Assembly (NCBI RefSeq): GCF_028464065.1
Contig: NZ_CP116808.1
Coordinates: 1,135,886 to 1,199,885 of the forward strand
From: Saprospira sp. CCB-QB6
GTDB lineage: Bacteria > Bacteroidota > Bacteroidia > Chitinophagales > Saprospiraceae
DNA length: 64,000 nt
Reading direction: 5' to 3'
The position numbers and the translations under genes were made by a program. How positions within the stretch are numbered: the stretch's first letter is position 1; the number at the start of each line of letters is the position of its first letter. Positions 9,231 to 19,437 of the stretch are shown in pieces. The notes below the pieces were generated by a model, which was given only the letters and a program-made list of their open reading frames with translations, had not been told where the DNA came from and ran no database searches.

Positions 9231-12200
9231 TTATTTCTGCAAAATAATGCGTTCGGTCAATACTTGCTCACCCACGATAATGCGAGCGAGATAAACGCCA
9301 GCGCTATAATTGGCTAGGTTAATTTGGTAGTTATGGTTACGGCCCAATTGGCTGGGGAAGCGTTGTACTTCTTGGCCATTGAGGTTAAAGATCGTCAATT
9401 GTACTTCTTCTTCCTTGGCTAGTTCAAGTTGAAGCTGAGCAACAGCTTGCGTAGGATTGGGGAAGAGGTTCAATTGGTTAAGGCCTTCAACTCCATTGAT
9501 GTTAGTGGGTTGAGTATAAGCCACAGTGATAATTTGGCTAGTAGAGCAACCTACTCGATCGTAGACAGTAACTTCATACTGGCCAGAAACGAGGTTATTG
9601 ATGCTAGCGGTAGTGTCTCCAGTATTCCAAACGATATAGTAAGGACCAACACCGCCAGAGACAGAAATATCGATAGAGCCAGCGAAGTCGCTGCTTTCGT
9701 TTACGATATTATCTACATTGATTGTCAAAGCGGGGTTAGCGCTAATTGTGTAGCTTTCGTCATAAGTACAGCCGATAGCGTCGGTAACGGTTACGCTATA
9801 AGTTTCGCCATCGAGGACGTTGCTTAGAGCGGCAGTAGTTGCGCCATTGCTCCAGTTGTAAGTATAGGGAGCTGTACCACCTTGTACGCCTGCTTGGAGG
9901 GTACCAGCATTGCCACAGTCTACACCATTAGCCACAAAGTTAAAGTTGATCGGGGCTGGGCCATTAACGGGATAAGTTTCGGTAAACTCACAGCCGTTAT
10001 CGTCGGTAATTGTTACGGTATAAGTTCCAACATCTAGTCCAGAGATATCTTCAGTAGTAGCGCCAGTGGTCCAATCAAAAGAGAAAGGAGCGGTACCGCC
10101 AGTTAGGCTGATATCAACAGCACCGTTACCGTCCCGTCCGCAGCTAAGTGTGCTCAATTGAGCGCTAACTGTGGGGGCGGGAAAGAAAGAAATTTGGATA
10201 GAGTCGGTCAAAACACAACCATTTCCATCAGTCATGGTCACGGCGTATTGGCCTTCCACGCTAGTAATAATTCCGGGCACAGTTTCGCCAGTACTCCAGA
10301 GATAGCTTTGAGCGCCAGGTGCTGCGGCCAATCCAATAGGACTGCTTTCACAGATAGTTGCATCGGGGCCAAGGTCTAGGTTAGCGGTAGCGACAACTGT
10401 AGCCGTAACGGGGGTACGTGTTGTACCACCAGCACAAGAAGTGATCTCTGCATAATAAGTAGTAGATACTTGAAGAGCAGGAGTAGTAAATACGGGATCG
10501 GTAGACAAGAGTGTACCGCCAGTAGCTTGATCGTACCAGCTAATTCCGCCAGCGGGCATAGAGGTCAAGCTAGCGCTATTTCCTACACAAGTAGTGTCTC
10601 CCATGAAAGTGGGGTTAGGATTAGCGATGCTCACACAAACGTTTGCGGTATCGTTGCTTGCGTTAGCGTCGGCAGCTAGCTGTGTAATAATTTCGAAGCA
10701 ATAGTTTCCGCCACCAGTAGTGTTAAAGGTACCTACAGTGAGAGTATCTTGAGCGGCAGAGGCTAGTGGACCTGCGTAAGTAGCGTTAAAGGTTTGCGTA
10801 CCGTTGGGGCCGTTCAAATTTACGGTTACGGGTACATTGCTGATGCTGTTGCTCCCATTATTAGATAGCGTAATCACTAAAACTTCATTGGCGTTTTCGC
10901 AGGTTCCTACGCTAGGTGCGTCAACACCAACGGCTACGGCATCATCCGTAAAGATAGTAATCTCATCGGCTCCGATATCGGGCAAGCTTGTCCCTGCAGA
11001 GGGGCGAGTTTCTCCATCGATATCAGTGGCAACACCTACAAGGGCTCCAGCGGCGTTGAGTTGGATGTTTTGAACGTGTAGGTCAGTGTAGTTAGCGACA
11101 AACTGAGGGTCGATATCCAAAGAGTTGGCATCATAGCCATAGGGGCCAGAGGCCTGCCAAGTAGCCAAGTCATAAGTAGTTGTACCATAATCGATATGGT
11201 TAGTTCCGCTAGCCTTATAGAATACGTTATTATCCATAGCGGCCAAGGGCAGGGCATCTGCAGATTCGAAAGCGTAGGCAGAAGCATTATCGGCCACAAA
11301 GATATTATTACGAATATCTAGGTCGGTGGGGTCATTCATATAAAGACCAGAAGCGGAAGAGCTTCCAGAACCTACTAGTGTATTGTGCCAGATATCTACA
11401 TATTGGATATCATCCATATAGAGTGCATCATCACTCTTAGAGAAGACAGTATTGTTGATAATCTGTCCACGGCGAGTGATAGCGCCATCGAAGTTACCAT
11501 CAGAGATATAGATACCGTAATCTTCTGTCACTACACGGTTGTAGTTAATCGTAAAGTCCATAATATCGAAGCAATAGATTGCATCACTGAAAGTAGAGCC
11601 CACAGTTGTTTCAATCGTATTGTAGTTAATCTCGATAGAATCTTGGTCGTCGAGATAGATACCATAGTCATCAAAATCTACAATTGTATTGTTGATGATA
11701 CGGTTGTATTTGTTGCGAGCGGCGCTAGCGCCTTCGATGTGAATTCCCATTTCACCACCAGTGATATAGTTATTCTCAATAAGAGTATAATTAGCATTAT
11801 TACCCTCTGTATAGTCATTGGTATATTCTCCTGAAATAACCACAGGAATCACATCAAAGACAGAAGTTTGGAAAGTCGCTGAGATGTAGTTATTTCGGAT
11901 GCTATTATGATCTGCACCATTGGTAAAATGTACAGCCCAACCATCATCTCCAGAAGCGGCAGTAGTCGCAATATTGAAGTTTTGTACCGTTACATAATCG
12001 ACTTCATCAAACAACACAGTAGCATATTGGCTATTAGAAGCGTCATGTGTAAGGAAAGTAGTTGCGGTATCGCCACCATCAAAAGTAATAGTATTCGTCA
12101 TACTTGCGCCAGTGATTTCTCCGACTAGGGCTAGTTGTTGCCCAGCATAGACGCCTGGAGCGACTTGGAAAGTGACGGCACCAGCCACACCACATTGGTA

Positions 12201-14888
12201 AAGGCGAGCAACGGCATCAGTAATAGCGGGAAAGTCAGAAGTGGGTGTACCCACAGTATAAGTACCAACTAGACCTTGGCAAAGCTCGGCATAGAGCGTA
12301 TCATTGCTCATACGGTCATCGATTTGGCCGTTGGGCATGCTGGTCCAGAAAACAAAATCTACATTTTGTCCAGCGGGGAAGTTGATATTACTTAGGGTAA
12401 CGTCTACTTCTTGCTGAGGTCCAACAGGAGCTCCAGTGTAGCCAATTGTTCCTTGAGTGGCACCGTTATAGGTCCAATCAATATTAAAAGTCGTTAAATC
12501 TTGTACACCAAAATTGCGTACACGTACAGTGACGGCTTGAAAGCCTGAAGTTAAAGGAGAGGTAGGGTTCACTAAAGCGACAACACCTGCGTCATTATCT
12601 TTAGGACGATATTCATCTGCTCCAATGTCTACAGTTGTTGCGCCTGTAAATGGACGAGATTCTCCGTCAATATCCACAGTAACGCCTAAGGTATTATCTC
12701 CTGCATCATTGGCAAAGGCTCCATCTACGTGTAGATCAGTTGGACCAAAAAATACAGGATCAGCTTCCACAGAGTTAGTACCATGGCCGAAAGTGTTACT
12801 ATTTTGCCAAGTCACTACATCTACATAGTTAGATGTGCCGAACTGAATAAAGTTTGTTCCAGCGTTAAAGCGGAAGAACAAGTTGTGATCCATATCGGTT
12901 AGGGCCAAAGCATCAGCATGGCGGAAAACATAACCGAAGTCTGCAGTAAAGATATTGTTCACTACATTTACATCTAGCAAGTCATTACCATAGAATGAAG
13001 CACTAGTAGTACTCGTGCTTTTGTTCCAGGTACTATTATGGAAAACATCAGTCTCATTCACATCATCTAGATAAATGGCATAAGTACCTTCAGCGATAGA
13101 CATGTTATTGATAATTTCTCCACGACGAGTAGGCGTAGCATCAAAGTTTCCGTCAGAAACATAGATACCATAATCTGGGGCATACACATTATTGCTATTG
13201 ATACGGAAGTTCATCAAGTCAAAGCAATAAATTGCATCAGCATAGGTATAGCGAAGGTCATTCACGCTGTTTCCAATAATGTCTACAGAATCTTGGTCAT
13301 CCATATAAATACCATAGTCATCTACACCTGAGATCGTATTATTCACAAAGCGGTTACCTATGTTGGGGGTTGCGCTAGCCCCCTCAAAGCGGATTCCATA
13401 GTCTCCTCCAGAAATAGCGTTACCTTGAATAAGGTTATAGTTTGCATTATCGCCTTCTGTATAGTTATTGATATAGCTTCCTGAAGCTAAAATCCCAATT
13501 ACATCAAAAATACCTGATGTATAAGGCATTGTAATTTGGTTATTGAGGATTTGGTTATTATTGGCCGAATTAGTCAAGAATACCCCCCAAATATCTGTAG
13601 ATCCAGTACTTTGAATACCTAAGTTTTGGATGCGTATCCACTCTACTCCATCAAGAGCAACGGTAGCATTACCATCTGTGCCAGAACCATCATGAGTTAC
13701 AATAGTAGTGGCAGGGTTTCCACCATCAAAGGTTACCGTATTAGTTGCAGAAGCTCCTACAATAGGGCCAACCAAAGCAATGTTTTCTGTATAAGTACCA
13801 GGCTGAATATTAAACGTAACTGGACCACTAATTCCGCAGCTATACATCACAGCTACAGCATCTCCAATTGTGGCAAAATCGGCAGCAGCACCTCCTATAG
13901 TGTAGCTACCATTTAGGCTAGTACAAAATGTCAGCGTCAAAGTATCATTGCCAGGAAAGTTATCTGTATTGCCGTTGGGCAAAGAAGTCCAAGCTCTAAT
14001 TGTCGTTGAACCAGTAGCAAAGTTGTAGTTACCTAAGTTCACATTTACGCTAGCCTGAGGTGCTACTAAAGTGCTATAATTTACCTGCGTTTGCATCACC
14101 CCATTCATTTCCCAGTCAATATTTACTGAGTTTAGGGCATTAGTTCCAAAGTTAGTCAACGTCACATCTACTGCTTGGTTACCAGCGATACCCGGTACTG
14201 TTGGTGCGACCAAAGCTGTAATTCCAGCATTATCTGGAACTGGAGCTGTTCCTGTAATACTGAAATCATCTAGGGTGAATCCGTCAGAACCTGTAGTACT
14301 AGTTGCTTCAAAGTTGTCGGACCAACCAAAACGCACTTGAAAAGTACTACTGACCAATTGACTATTGGCGGCTAAAATCGCATCAATATCAAATCCTGTT
14401 TCATTGAAGTAAGTCCCTAAAGTAGTATTTGCAGTCCAATCATAGATCTCAATCCAAGCATCAGTATTGCTACCACGGATCCAAACGCGATCTTCAGGGT
14501 GCACCTCATCACCATGATCCATCCACCAGAAGCTAAGTTCTAGATCATTAGATCCAAGGTAGGGGGATAAATCCCCTGTAAAGGTTAAATAAGAAATTCC
14601 TAAGGTACCACTTACTTCTGCATCTAATGTCATTGCTCGGCTACCTCCATGATAAAAGGCAGAGCCAGCATCTGTCCGAAGACGACAGTTCGTGGTATTT
14701 TCCTCAAATTCCCATTGGTATCCTGTACCTGTAAGGCCAGGAACAGGGTTGGTCGTGGCTACATAAGTACCCGCTGTGGCGCCCTCAAAATCCTCATTAT
14801 AAGGGAGGCTTAGCTGAGCCTGCGAAGAGGTCCAACTAGCCAAAAACAGCGCTACACAGTAACCTAATTGTGTTAACGTTTTTCGCAT
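9231..14888 (-). CDS. Giant T9SS-secreted surface protein: signal peptide, two about 540-aa internally duplicated parallel beta-helix modules, SprB-type repeats, T9SS C-terminal sorting domain
   Basis: N-terminal MRKTLTQLGYCVALFLASWTSSQAQ; duplicated blocks (IRAWTSLPNGNTDNF...TVTFDGG vs FVFWTSMPNGQIDDR...TITFDGG); PbH1-like NNxI repeats; SprB-like CGxxGxG...GGTAPYxYxWSNG repeats; C-terminal LFPNPTQAV...VYLARI tail. Confidence 0.85.
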   Translation of the reverse strand: MRKTLTQLGYCVALFLASWTSSQAQLSLPYNEDFEGATAGTYVATTNPVPGLTGTGYQWEFEENTTNCRLRTDAGSAFYHGGSRAMTLDAEVSGTLGISYLTFTGDLSPYLGSNDLELSFWWMDHGDEVHPEDRVWIRGSNTDAWIEIYDWTANTTLGTYFNETGFDIDAILAANSQLVSSTFQVRFGWSDNFEATSTTGSDGFTLDDFSITGTAPVPDNAGITALVAPTVPGIAGNQAVDVTLTNFGTNALNSVNIDWEMNGVMQTQVNYSTLVAPQASVNVNLGNYNFATGSTTIRAWTSLPNGNTDNFPGNDTLTLTFCTSLNGSYTIGGAAADFATIGDAVAVMYSCGISGPVTFNIQPGTYTENIALVGPIVGASATNTVTFDGGNPATTIVTHDGSGTDGNATVALDGVEWIRIQNLGIQSTGSTDIWGVFLTNSANNNQILNNQITMPYTSGIFDVIGILASGSYINNYTEGDNANYNLIQGNAISGGDYGIRFEGASATPNIGNRFVNNTISGVDDYGIYMDDQDSVDIIGNSVNDLRYTYADAIYCFDLMNFRINSNNVYAPDYGIYVSDGNFDATPTRRGEIINNMSIAEGTYAIYLDDVNETDVFHNSTWNKSTSTTSASFYGNDLLDVNVVNNIFTADFGYVFRHADALALTDMDHNLFFRFNAGTNFIQFGTSNYVDVVTWQNSNTFGHGTNSVEADPVFFGPTDLHVDGAFANDAGDNTLGVTVDIDGESRPFTGATTVDIGADEYRPKDNDAGVVALVNPTSPLTSGFQAVTVRVRNFGVQDLTTFNIDWTYNGATQGTIGYTGAPVGPQQEVDVTLSNINFPAGQNVDFVFWTSMPNGQIDDRMSNDTLYAELCQGLVGTYTVGTPTSDFPAITDAVARLYQCGVAGAVTFQVAPGVYAGQQLALVGEITGASMTNTITFDGGDTATTFLTHDASNSQYATVLFDEVDYVTVQNFNIATTAASGDDGWAVHFTNGADHNSIRNNYISATFQTSVFDVIPVVISGEYTNDYTEGNNANYTLIENNYITGGEMGIHIEGASAARNKYNRIINNTIVDFDDYGIYLDDQDSIEINYNTIETTVGSTFSDAIYCFDIMDFTINYNRVVTEDYGIYISDGNFDGAITRRGQIINNTVFSKSDDALYMDDIQYVDIWHNTLVGSGSSSASGLYMNDPTDLDIRNNIFVADNASAYAFESADALPLAAMDNNVFYKASGTNHIDYGTTTYDLATWQASGPYGYDANSLDIDPQFVANYTDLHVQNIQLNAAGALVGVATDIDGETRPSAGTSLPDIGADEITIFTDDAVAVGVDAPSVGTCENANEVLVITLSNNGSNSISNVPVTVNLNGPNGTQTFNATYAGPLASAAQDTLTVGTFNTTGGGNYCFEIITQLAADANASNDTANVCVSIANPNPTFMGDTTCVGNSASLTSMPAGGISWYDQATGGTLLSTDPVFTTPALQVSTTYYAEITSCAGGTTRTPVTATVVATANLDLGPDATICESSPIGLAAAPGAQSYLWSTGETVPGIITSVEGQYAVTMTDGNGCVLTDSIQISFFPAPTVSAQLSTLSCGRDGNGAVDISLTGGTAPFSFDWTTGATTEDISGLDVGTYTVTITDDNGCEFTETYPVNGPAPINFNFVANGVDCGNAGTLQAGVQGGTAPYTYNWSNGATTAALSNVLDGETYSVTVTDAIGCTYDESYTISANPALTINVDNIVNESSDFAGSIDISVSGGVGPYYIVWNTGDTTASINNLVSGQYEVTVYDRVGCSTSQIITVAYTQPTNINGVEGLNQLNLFPNPTQAVAQLQLELAKEEEVQLTIFNLNGQEVQRFPSQLGRNHNYQINLANYSAGVYLARIIVGEQVLTERIILQK

Positions 14889-15039
14889 CGTTTAAATTTA
14901 AGTTTGATGAAGAGTTATAAATTAGTGAAATCTTCCTAGGTAAAGTTAAGGATTTTTCAATTGAAAACAAACCCTCTTTAACGCCTATCCCTGTTACATA
15001 ACATATCTTCATATTTTGTTTTTATTCTCTCCGCTAACT

Positions 15040-15282
15040 AGACCAATAAAGCCCTACTTTAGGAGCGAAGCGACTAGCTGAGGGATGGATAAAGGGGGGC
15101 GTAGGCCAGACCGAGCCGCTGTAAGCGGCGACAAAAAGGCTGAAGGCCGCAGTTCGATGACCGAAGGGAATAACGGCCGAGCGAGCAGCGATCCCTGACA
15201 ACCAGCCCCTAAAGGGGCGCCAGTTCGACGACCAACGGGAGTACCCCGCCCGACCCGCCCTTCGGGCGGGGCAGCCCCAAAA
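15040..15282 (-). repeat. GC-rich structured interspersed element, copy 6 (subfamily I, long variant about 230 bp)
   Basis: Reverse orientation, ends ...cccgacccgcccttcgggcggggcagccccAAAA; carries an extra about 90-bp internal module. About 93% identical to the inverted copy at 16841-17066. Confidence 0.9.
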
Positions 15283-15341
15283 CAAACCCATATTCAAACA
15301 ATAATATATTTCACTACACATCCTCAAAGACAAAAAAGCAG

Positions 15342-15354
15342 AAAAAAAAAAAAA
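15342..15354. repeat. A13 homopolymer tract about 55 bp upstream of the cry-DASH start
   Basis: cagaAAAAAAAAAAAAAgaaaag seen directly. Confidence 0.9.
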
Positions 15355-15409
15355 GAAAAGCCTAGATATTGTTAGCTTAACAGCTAGAATTTAAAATAAG
15401 TCTTAATAT

Positions 15410-16804
15410 ATGTCTGCTCCGCCCAAAAAAGCGAAAAGAGTTATCGCTTGGTTTCGCCTAGATTTGCGACTACATGATAATGAAATGCTCACCGAAGCCC
15501 TGAAGGCTGGCGAGGAGGTGTACCCCGTCTATGTCTTTGATGAACGGACATTTAAGGGCAAAACGGAAGCAGGCTTTGCCAAAACGGGCCCCAGACGCTG
15601 CCAATTTATTATTGAGGCTGTGGCCGACCTGCGCCAACAACTGCAAGCCCTTGGCATTGATCTCATTATCCGTACAGGAAAGGCCGAAGAAGAGATTTTT
15701 CAGCTGGCCCAAGAACTCAAAACAGGCTGGGTGTTTTGCAACCGAGAAAAGACTTATGAGGAAGAAGTTCAACAAAATCGCTTAGAAGAAAAACTTTGGA
15801 CGATTGGGCAAGAAATTCGGTTTTTTAGAGGCAAAATGCTCTACTACACCCAAGATCTCCCCTTCCCTATTGCCCATACACCCGATGTTTTTACTCAGTT
15901 TCGCAAGGAAGTTGAAAAGCTAACGCCTGTTCGAGAACCGCTCCCCAAACCCCAAAGTTTTGTTGCCTGGAGCCACCGATTAGCCCTGGGAGAACTTCCA
16001 CAATTAAGCGATTTTGGCTGGGAAACGCCCCCCAAGGACGAACGTAGCGTGTTGCATTTTAAAGGCGGAGAAACTCAAGGTCTCAAACGCCTACATTATT
16101 ACCTCTGGGAATCCGATGCGATCGCTAAATATAAAGAGACCCGCAACGGCCTGCTGGGCCCCGATTACTCTAGCAAATTCTCCCCCTGGCTCGCCCAAGG
16201 CTGCCTCTCCCCCAAACAAATTTATGCCGAGCTGAAACGCTACGAAAACGAACGGAAAAAGAATAAATCAACCTATTGGCTCTATTTTGAACTGCTCTGG
16301 CGCGATTTCTTCCGCCTTATGGGCAAAAAATATGGCCACCAAATTTTCTTATACACCGGACTCCGTGGCAAGAAGAAAAAATCACTCTCCAATAATATGC
16401 AGGCTTTTGAAAATTGGATGCTTGGCCAAACTGGGCAACCTTTTATCGATGCAAACATGAGAGAATTAGCCAAAACTGGCTTTATGTCCAACCGCGGCCG
16501 CCAAAATGTCGCTAGCTACCTGATCAACGACCTCAAAGTCAATTGGCAACTAGGTGCCGAATATTTCGAATCGACCCTAATTGACTATGATGTGACCAGC
16601 AACTGGGTCAATTGGCTCTACATCGCTGGCGTTGGCAACGACCCCAGAGAAGATCGCTATTTCAACCCCATCAGCCAAAGTAAACGCTACGATCCCGAAG
16701 GCGAATATATCAAATATTGGCTGCCCGAACTCCAAGAGGTGGATAGCCGCGATATCCACGAGCTGGATAGCCGCCAATTTATAACCAAAGAACCAAAGCA
16801 ATAA
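15410..16804 (+). CDS. Cryptochrome DASH / photolyase family protein
   Basis: VIAWFRLDLRLHDNEML N-terminal photolyase motif, FAD-binding C-terminal region (WREFF-like, NWxWxAG motifs); 464 aa. Confidence 0.9.
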   Translation: MSAPPKKAKRVIAWFRLDLRLHDNEMLTEALKAGEEVYPVYVFDERTFKGKTEAGFAKTGPRRCQFIIEAVADLRQQLQALGIDLIIRTGKAEEEIFQLAQELKTGWVFCNREKTYEEEVQQNRLEEKLWTIGQEIRFFRGKMLYYTQDLPFPIAHTPDVFTQFRKEVEKLTPVREPLPKPQSFVAWSHRLALGELPQLSDFGWETPPKDERSVLHFKGGETQGLKRLHYYLWESDAIAKYKETRNGLLGPDYSSKFSPWLAQGCLSPKQIYAELKRYENERKKNKSTYWLYFELLWRDFFRLMGKKYGHQIFLYTGLRGKKKKSLSNNMQAFENWMLGQTGQPFIDANMRELAKTGFMSNRGRQNVASYLINDLKVNWQLGAEYFESTLIDYDVTSNWVNWLYIAGVGNDPREDRYFNPISQSKRYDPEGEYIKYWLPELQEVDSRDIHELDSRQFITKEPKQ

Positions 16805-16812
16805 TATTCAAG

Positions 16813-16840
16813 GTCCAGCGCTTCTGCTGGACTTTTTTTA
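16813..16840 (+). terminator. Rho-independent terminator of cry-DASH
   Basis: gtccagc-gcttct-gctggac hairpin plus T7, running into the TTTTCTGGGG start of the next element. Confidence 0.7.
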
Positions 16841-17066
16841 TTTTCTGGGGCTGCCCCGCCCTGCAGGCGGGTCGGGCGGGGTACTCCCGTTGGTCGTCGA
16901 ACTGGCGCCCCTTTAGGGGCTGGTTGTCAGGGCTCGCTATTCGCTCGGCCGTTACTCCCTTCGGTCATCGAACTGCGGCCTTCAGCCTTGTTGCCACCGC
17001 TTACAGCGGCTCGGTCTGGCCTACGCCCCCCCTTTTCCATCCCTCAGCCAAGGCGCTGCGCGCCTT
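16841..17066 (+). repeat. GC-rich structured interspersed element, copy 7 (subfamily I, long variant)
   Basis: TTTTCTGGGGCTGCCCCgccctgcaggcgggTCGGGCggggtactcccgttggtcgtcgaactggcgcccctttaggggc...GCTCGCTATTCGCTCGGCC...CCATCCCTCAGCC; inverted partner of copy 6 across the cry gene. Confidence 0.9.
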
Positions 17067-17296
17067 TCTATACGCAACATTAAGCAAGCACAACAATGCC
17101 CTAAAACATTAAGAGAGATTTAAAAGTAAAAAAAGAGGCCTAAAGCCTTTCTAAAATGATTTAATTTTGGCCCAAGTTAGTAGAGCCTAAAAAAATGCCT
17201 ATTTTAGGGCCCTTAAACACTAAAAAATAAAGGGAAAGCCCAACTCCCTTATATAATTAACATCCAAGCCCTTAAAAGGCTAAAAAAATAATACAG

Positions 17297-18292
17297 ATGC
17301 AATCTTCGGCAGATATTCAAGCCCTGAACGAACGCATTTATGCAGAAAGCCATGTGATCGAACGCCTTTTGGCCGAAACCTCTAAGGTGATTATTGGCCA
17401 AGAATACATGATTGAGCGCCTCCTTATGGGCCTACTCACCAAAGGACACGTTCTTTTGGAAGGACTCCCCGGCTTGGCTAAAACCCTAGCGATCAACACC
17501 CTATCTAAGGCCATTGATGCAGAGTTTAAACGGATTCAATTTACCCCCGATTTGCTGCCTGCAGATATTTTGGGGACCATGATTTACAATCCCGCCAACA
17601 ACAGCTTTTCTGTCCGTAAAGGCCCCATTTTCGCCAATTTCATCCTCGCCGATGAGATTAACCGTGCCCCCGCTAAGGTCCAATCCGCCCTGCTAGAAGC
17701 CATGCAAGAGCGACAAGTCACAATTGGCGAAAAAACCTATAAACTGCAAGAGCCCTTTTTGGTCCTCGCTACCCAAAACCCCATCGAGCAAGAAGGAACT
17801 TATCCCTTGCCCGAAGCCCAAACCGACCGCTTTATGCTCAAGGCCAAAATTGGCTATCCCAAAAAGAGCGAGGAACGCCAAATTATCCGCCTGAATATGA
17901 GCGGAGAATTTAGCCAGGTCCAAAAAGTAGCCAGCATTGAAGATATTTTGCGCGCCCGCAAAACCGTCCGAGAAGTCTATATGGACGAACGCATCGAGCA
18001 ATATATTCTGGACCTCGTTTTTGCTAGCCGATTCCCCAAAGAACACGGCCTCGCCCATCTAGAAGATCTCATTACTTATGGCGGTTCGCCTCGAGCAAGT
18101 ATCAACCTGGCCCTAGCGGCCAAAGCACAAGCCTATATGCGCCGCAGAGGCTATGTGATTCCAGAAGATGTACAAGCCATCGCACCCGATGTGCTCCGCC
18201 ACCGTATCGGTCTAAGCTATGAAGCCCAAGCCGAAAATATTAGCCAAGAAGATATTATTGAACAACTCCTCAACACGGTAAAGGTCCCTTAA
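17297..18292 (+). CDS. MoxR-like AAA+ ATPase
   Basis: Walker A LLEGLPGLAKT, ILADEINRAPAKVQSALLEAMQERQVTI sensor region; first gene of the Bat-type operon. Confidence 0.9.
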   Translation: MQSSADIQALNERIYAESHVIERLLAETSKVIIGQEYMIERLLMGLLTKGHVLLEGLPGLAKTLAINTLSKAIDAEFKRIQFTPDLLPADILGTMIYNPANNSFSVRKGPIFANFILADEINRAPAKVQSALLEAMQERQVTIGEKTYKLQEPFLVLATQNPIEQEGTYPLPEAQTDRFMLKAKIGYPKKSEERQIIRLNMSGEFSQVQKVASIEDILRARKTVREVYMDERIEQYILDLVFASRFPKEHGLAHLEDLITYGGSPRASINLALAAKAQAYMRRRGYVIPEDVQAIAPDVLRHRIGLSYEAQAENISQEDIIEQLLNTVKVP

Positions 18293-18294
18293 AC

Positions 18295-19173
18295 ATGAGC
18301 CAGCAAGTTCGAGATTTAATCAAGAAAGTGCGCAAAATTGAGTTAAGGACCAGAGGCCTTTCTGCTATGGCCTTTTCGGGCAGCTACAAAACCCATTTCA
18401 AGGGTCGAGGGATGTCCTTTAGCGAGCTGCGCAGCTACCAATATGGAGATGATATCCGAAACATTGATTGGAATGTGACGGCCCGCACGGGCACGCCCTA
18501 TATCAAGGTTTTTGAGGAAGAGAGAGAGCAAAATTTTATGCTTTTGGTCGATGTCAGTGCCTCGACCAATTTTGGTAGCCACGATATCAATAAACGGGAG
18601 TTTATGGCTGAGCTGGGCGCCACTTTGGCCCTAGCCGCTATCCGAAATAACGATAAGGTGGGCGTCATCTTTTTTTCCGATAAGATTGAGCAATATTTGC
18701 CCCCCAAAAAAGGGCAAAATCACGGCCTGCGCATTATCCGCGAGCTGTTGCAATGCCAATCAGAAAGTCCACATACCGATATTGACCAAGCCCTCCGCTA
18801 CCTGACGGGCCTAGTGCGCAAGCGCTGCACGGCCTTCCTCTTGTCCGATTTTTTGGACCCCAATTATGGGCGCTACCTCAAGGTGGCCGCTAGCCGACAC
18901 GATTTGGTGGGCCTGCAGGTCTATGATCCCCGAGAAGTAGAACTTCCCAATTTGGGCCTTTTGCCCATTCGAGATGCCGAAACAGGCAATTGGCGCTGGA
19001 TAGATAGCGCCTCACCCAACGTTCGCCAAGCTTATAAAGAGCGCTTTGAGCAACAAACGCAAACTTTTAAAGAGCAGTTTGGCAAATTGGGCATCGATTC
19101 GCTCAGTTTGTGCACCGACCAACCCTTTGTGGGGGCGCTACGGCAGTTTTTCCAAGAACGCCCCGCCTTATAA
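18295..19173 (+). CDS. DUF58 domain protein (vWA-like, MoxR partner)
   Basis: 3 bp after moxR; RGMSFSELRSYQYGDDIRNIDWNVTAR and LLVDVSASTNFGS are typical DUF58. Confidence 0.85.
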   Translation: MSQQVRDLIKKVRKIELRTRGLSAMAFSGSYKTHFKGRGMSFSELRSYQYGDDIRNIDWNVTARTGTPYIKVFEEEREQNFMLLVDVSASTNFGSHDINKREFMAELGATLALAAIRNNDKVGVIFFSDKIEQYLPPKKGQNHGLRIIRELLQCQSESPHTDIDQALRYLTGLVRKRCTAFLLSDFLDPNYGRYLKVAASRHDLVGLQVYDPREVELPNLGLLPIRDAETGNWRWIDSASPNVRQAYKERFEQQTQTFKEQFGKLGIDSLSLCTDQPFVGALRQFFQERPAL

Positions 19174-19253
19174 ATGACCAGAAAATACCATGATGCACCG
19201 CCCTTTGTGGATACGCTATATATATTATTGTTTTTATCCTATGATGAGTAGGA

Positions 19254-19369
19254 TTTGGGGCCTCCTGCCTGCGGCAGGCGCTACCTTCGGCAGCTCGCAG
19301 GTCTGCTCGGCCCTGCGGCCCAAGGGCCTTGGTCTGCGGCTGCGCCGCACTGCCTACGATCGCTAGGCC
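19254..19369 (+). repeat. GC-rich structured interspersed element, copy 8 (subfamily II, core variant)
   Basis: TTTGGGGCCTCCtgcctgcggcagg...GCTCGCAGGTCTGCTCGGCCCTGCGgcccaagggcc...GGTCTGCGG...CGATCGCTAGGCC. Confidence 0.85.
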
Positions 19370-19437
19370 AGGCCAGCCCTTGGCCTATTAGCGAGCTACA
19401 AACCGCAAAAACCAAGGATAGCCAAAGCGAAGAACTT

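Noticed and set aside
9429-13916. Several 70-150-aa ORFs (9429-9827, 11385-11834, 13626-13916 and others) on the + strand
   Set aside because: All are antisense within the 1885-aa adhesin gene, are I/S/N-rich low-complexity and are typical shadow ORFs.
15034-15333. 99-aa ORF and similar small ORFs overlapping elements (16924-17112, 19255-19644, 57120-57452, 59782-60035, 63172-63456)
   Set aside because: They are translations of the GC-rich interspersed elements, which lack stops in several frames. The same peptide-like strings recur only because the DNA repeat recurs.
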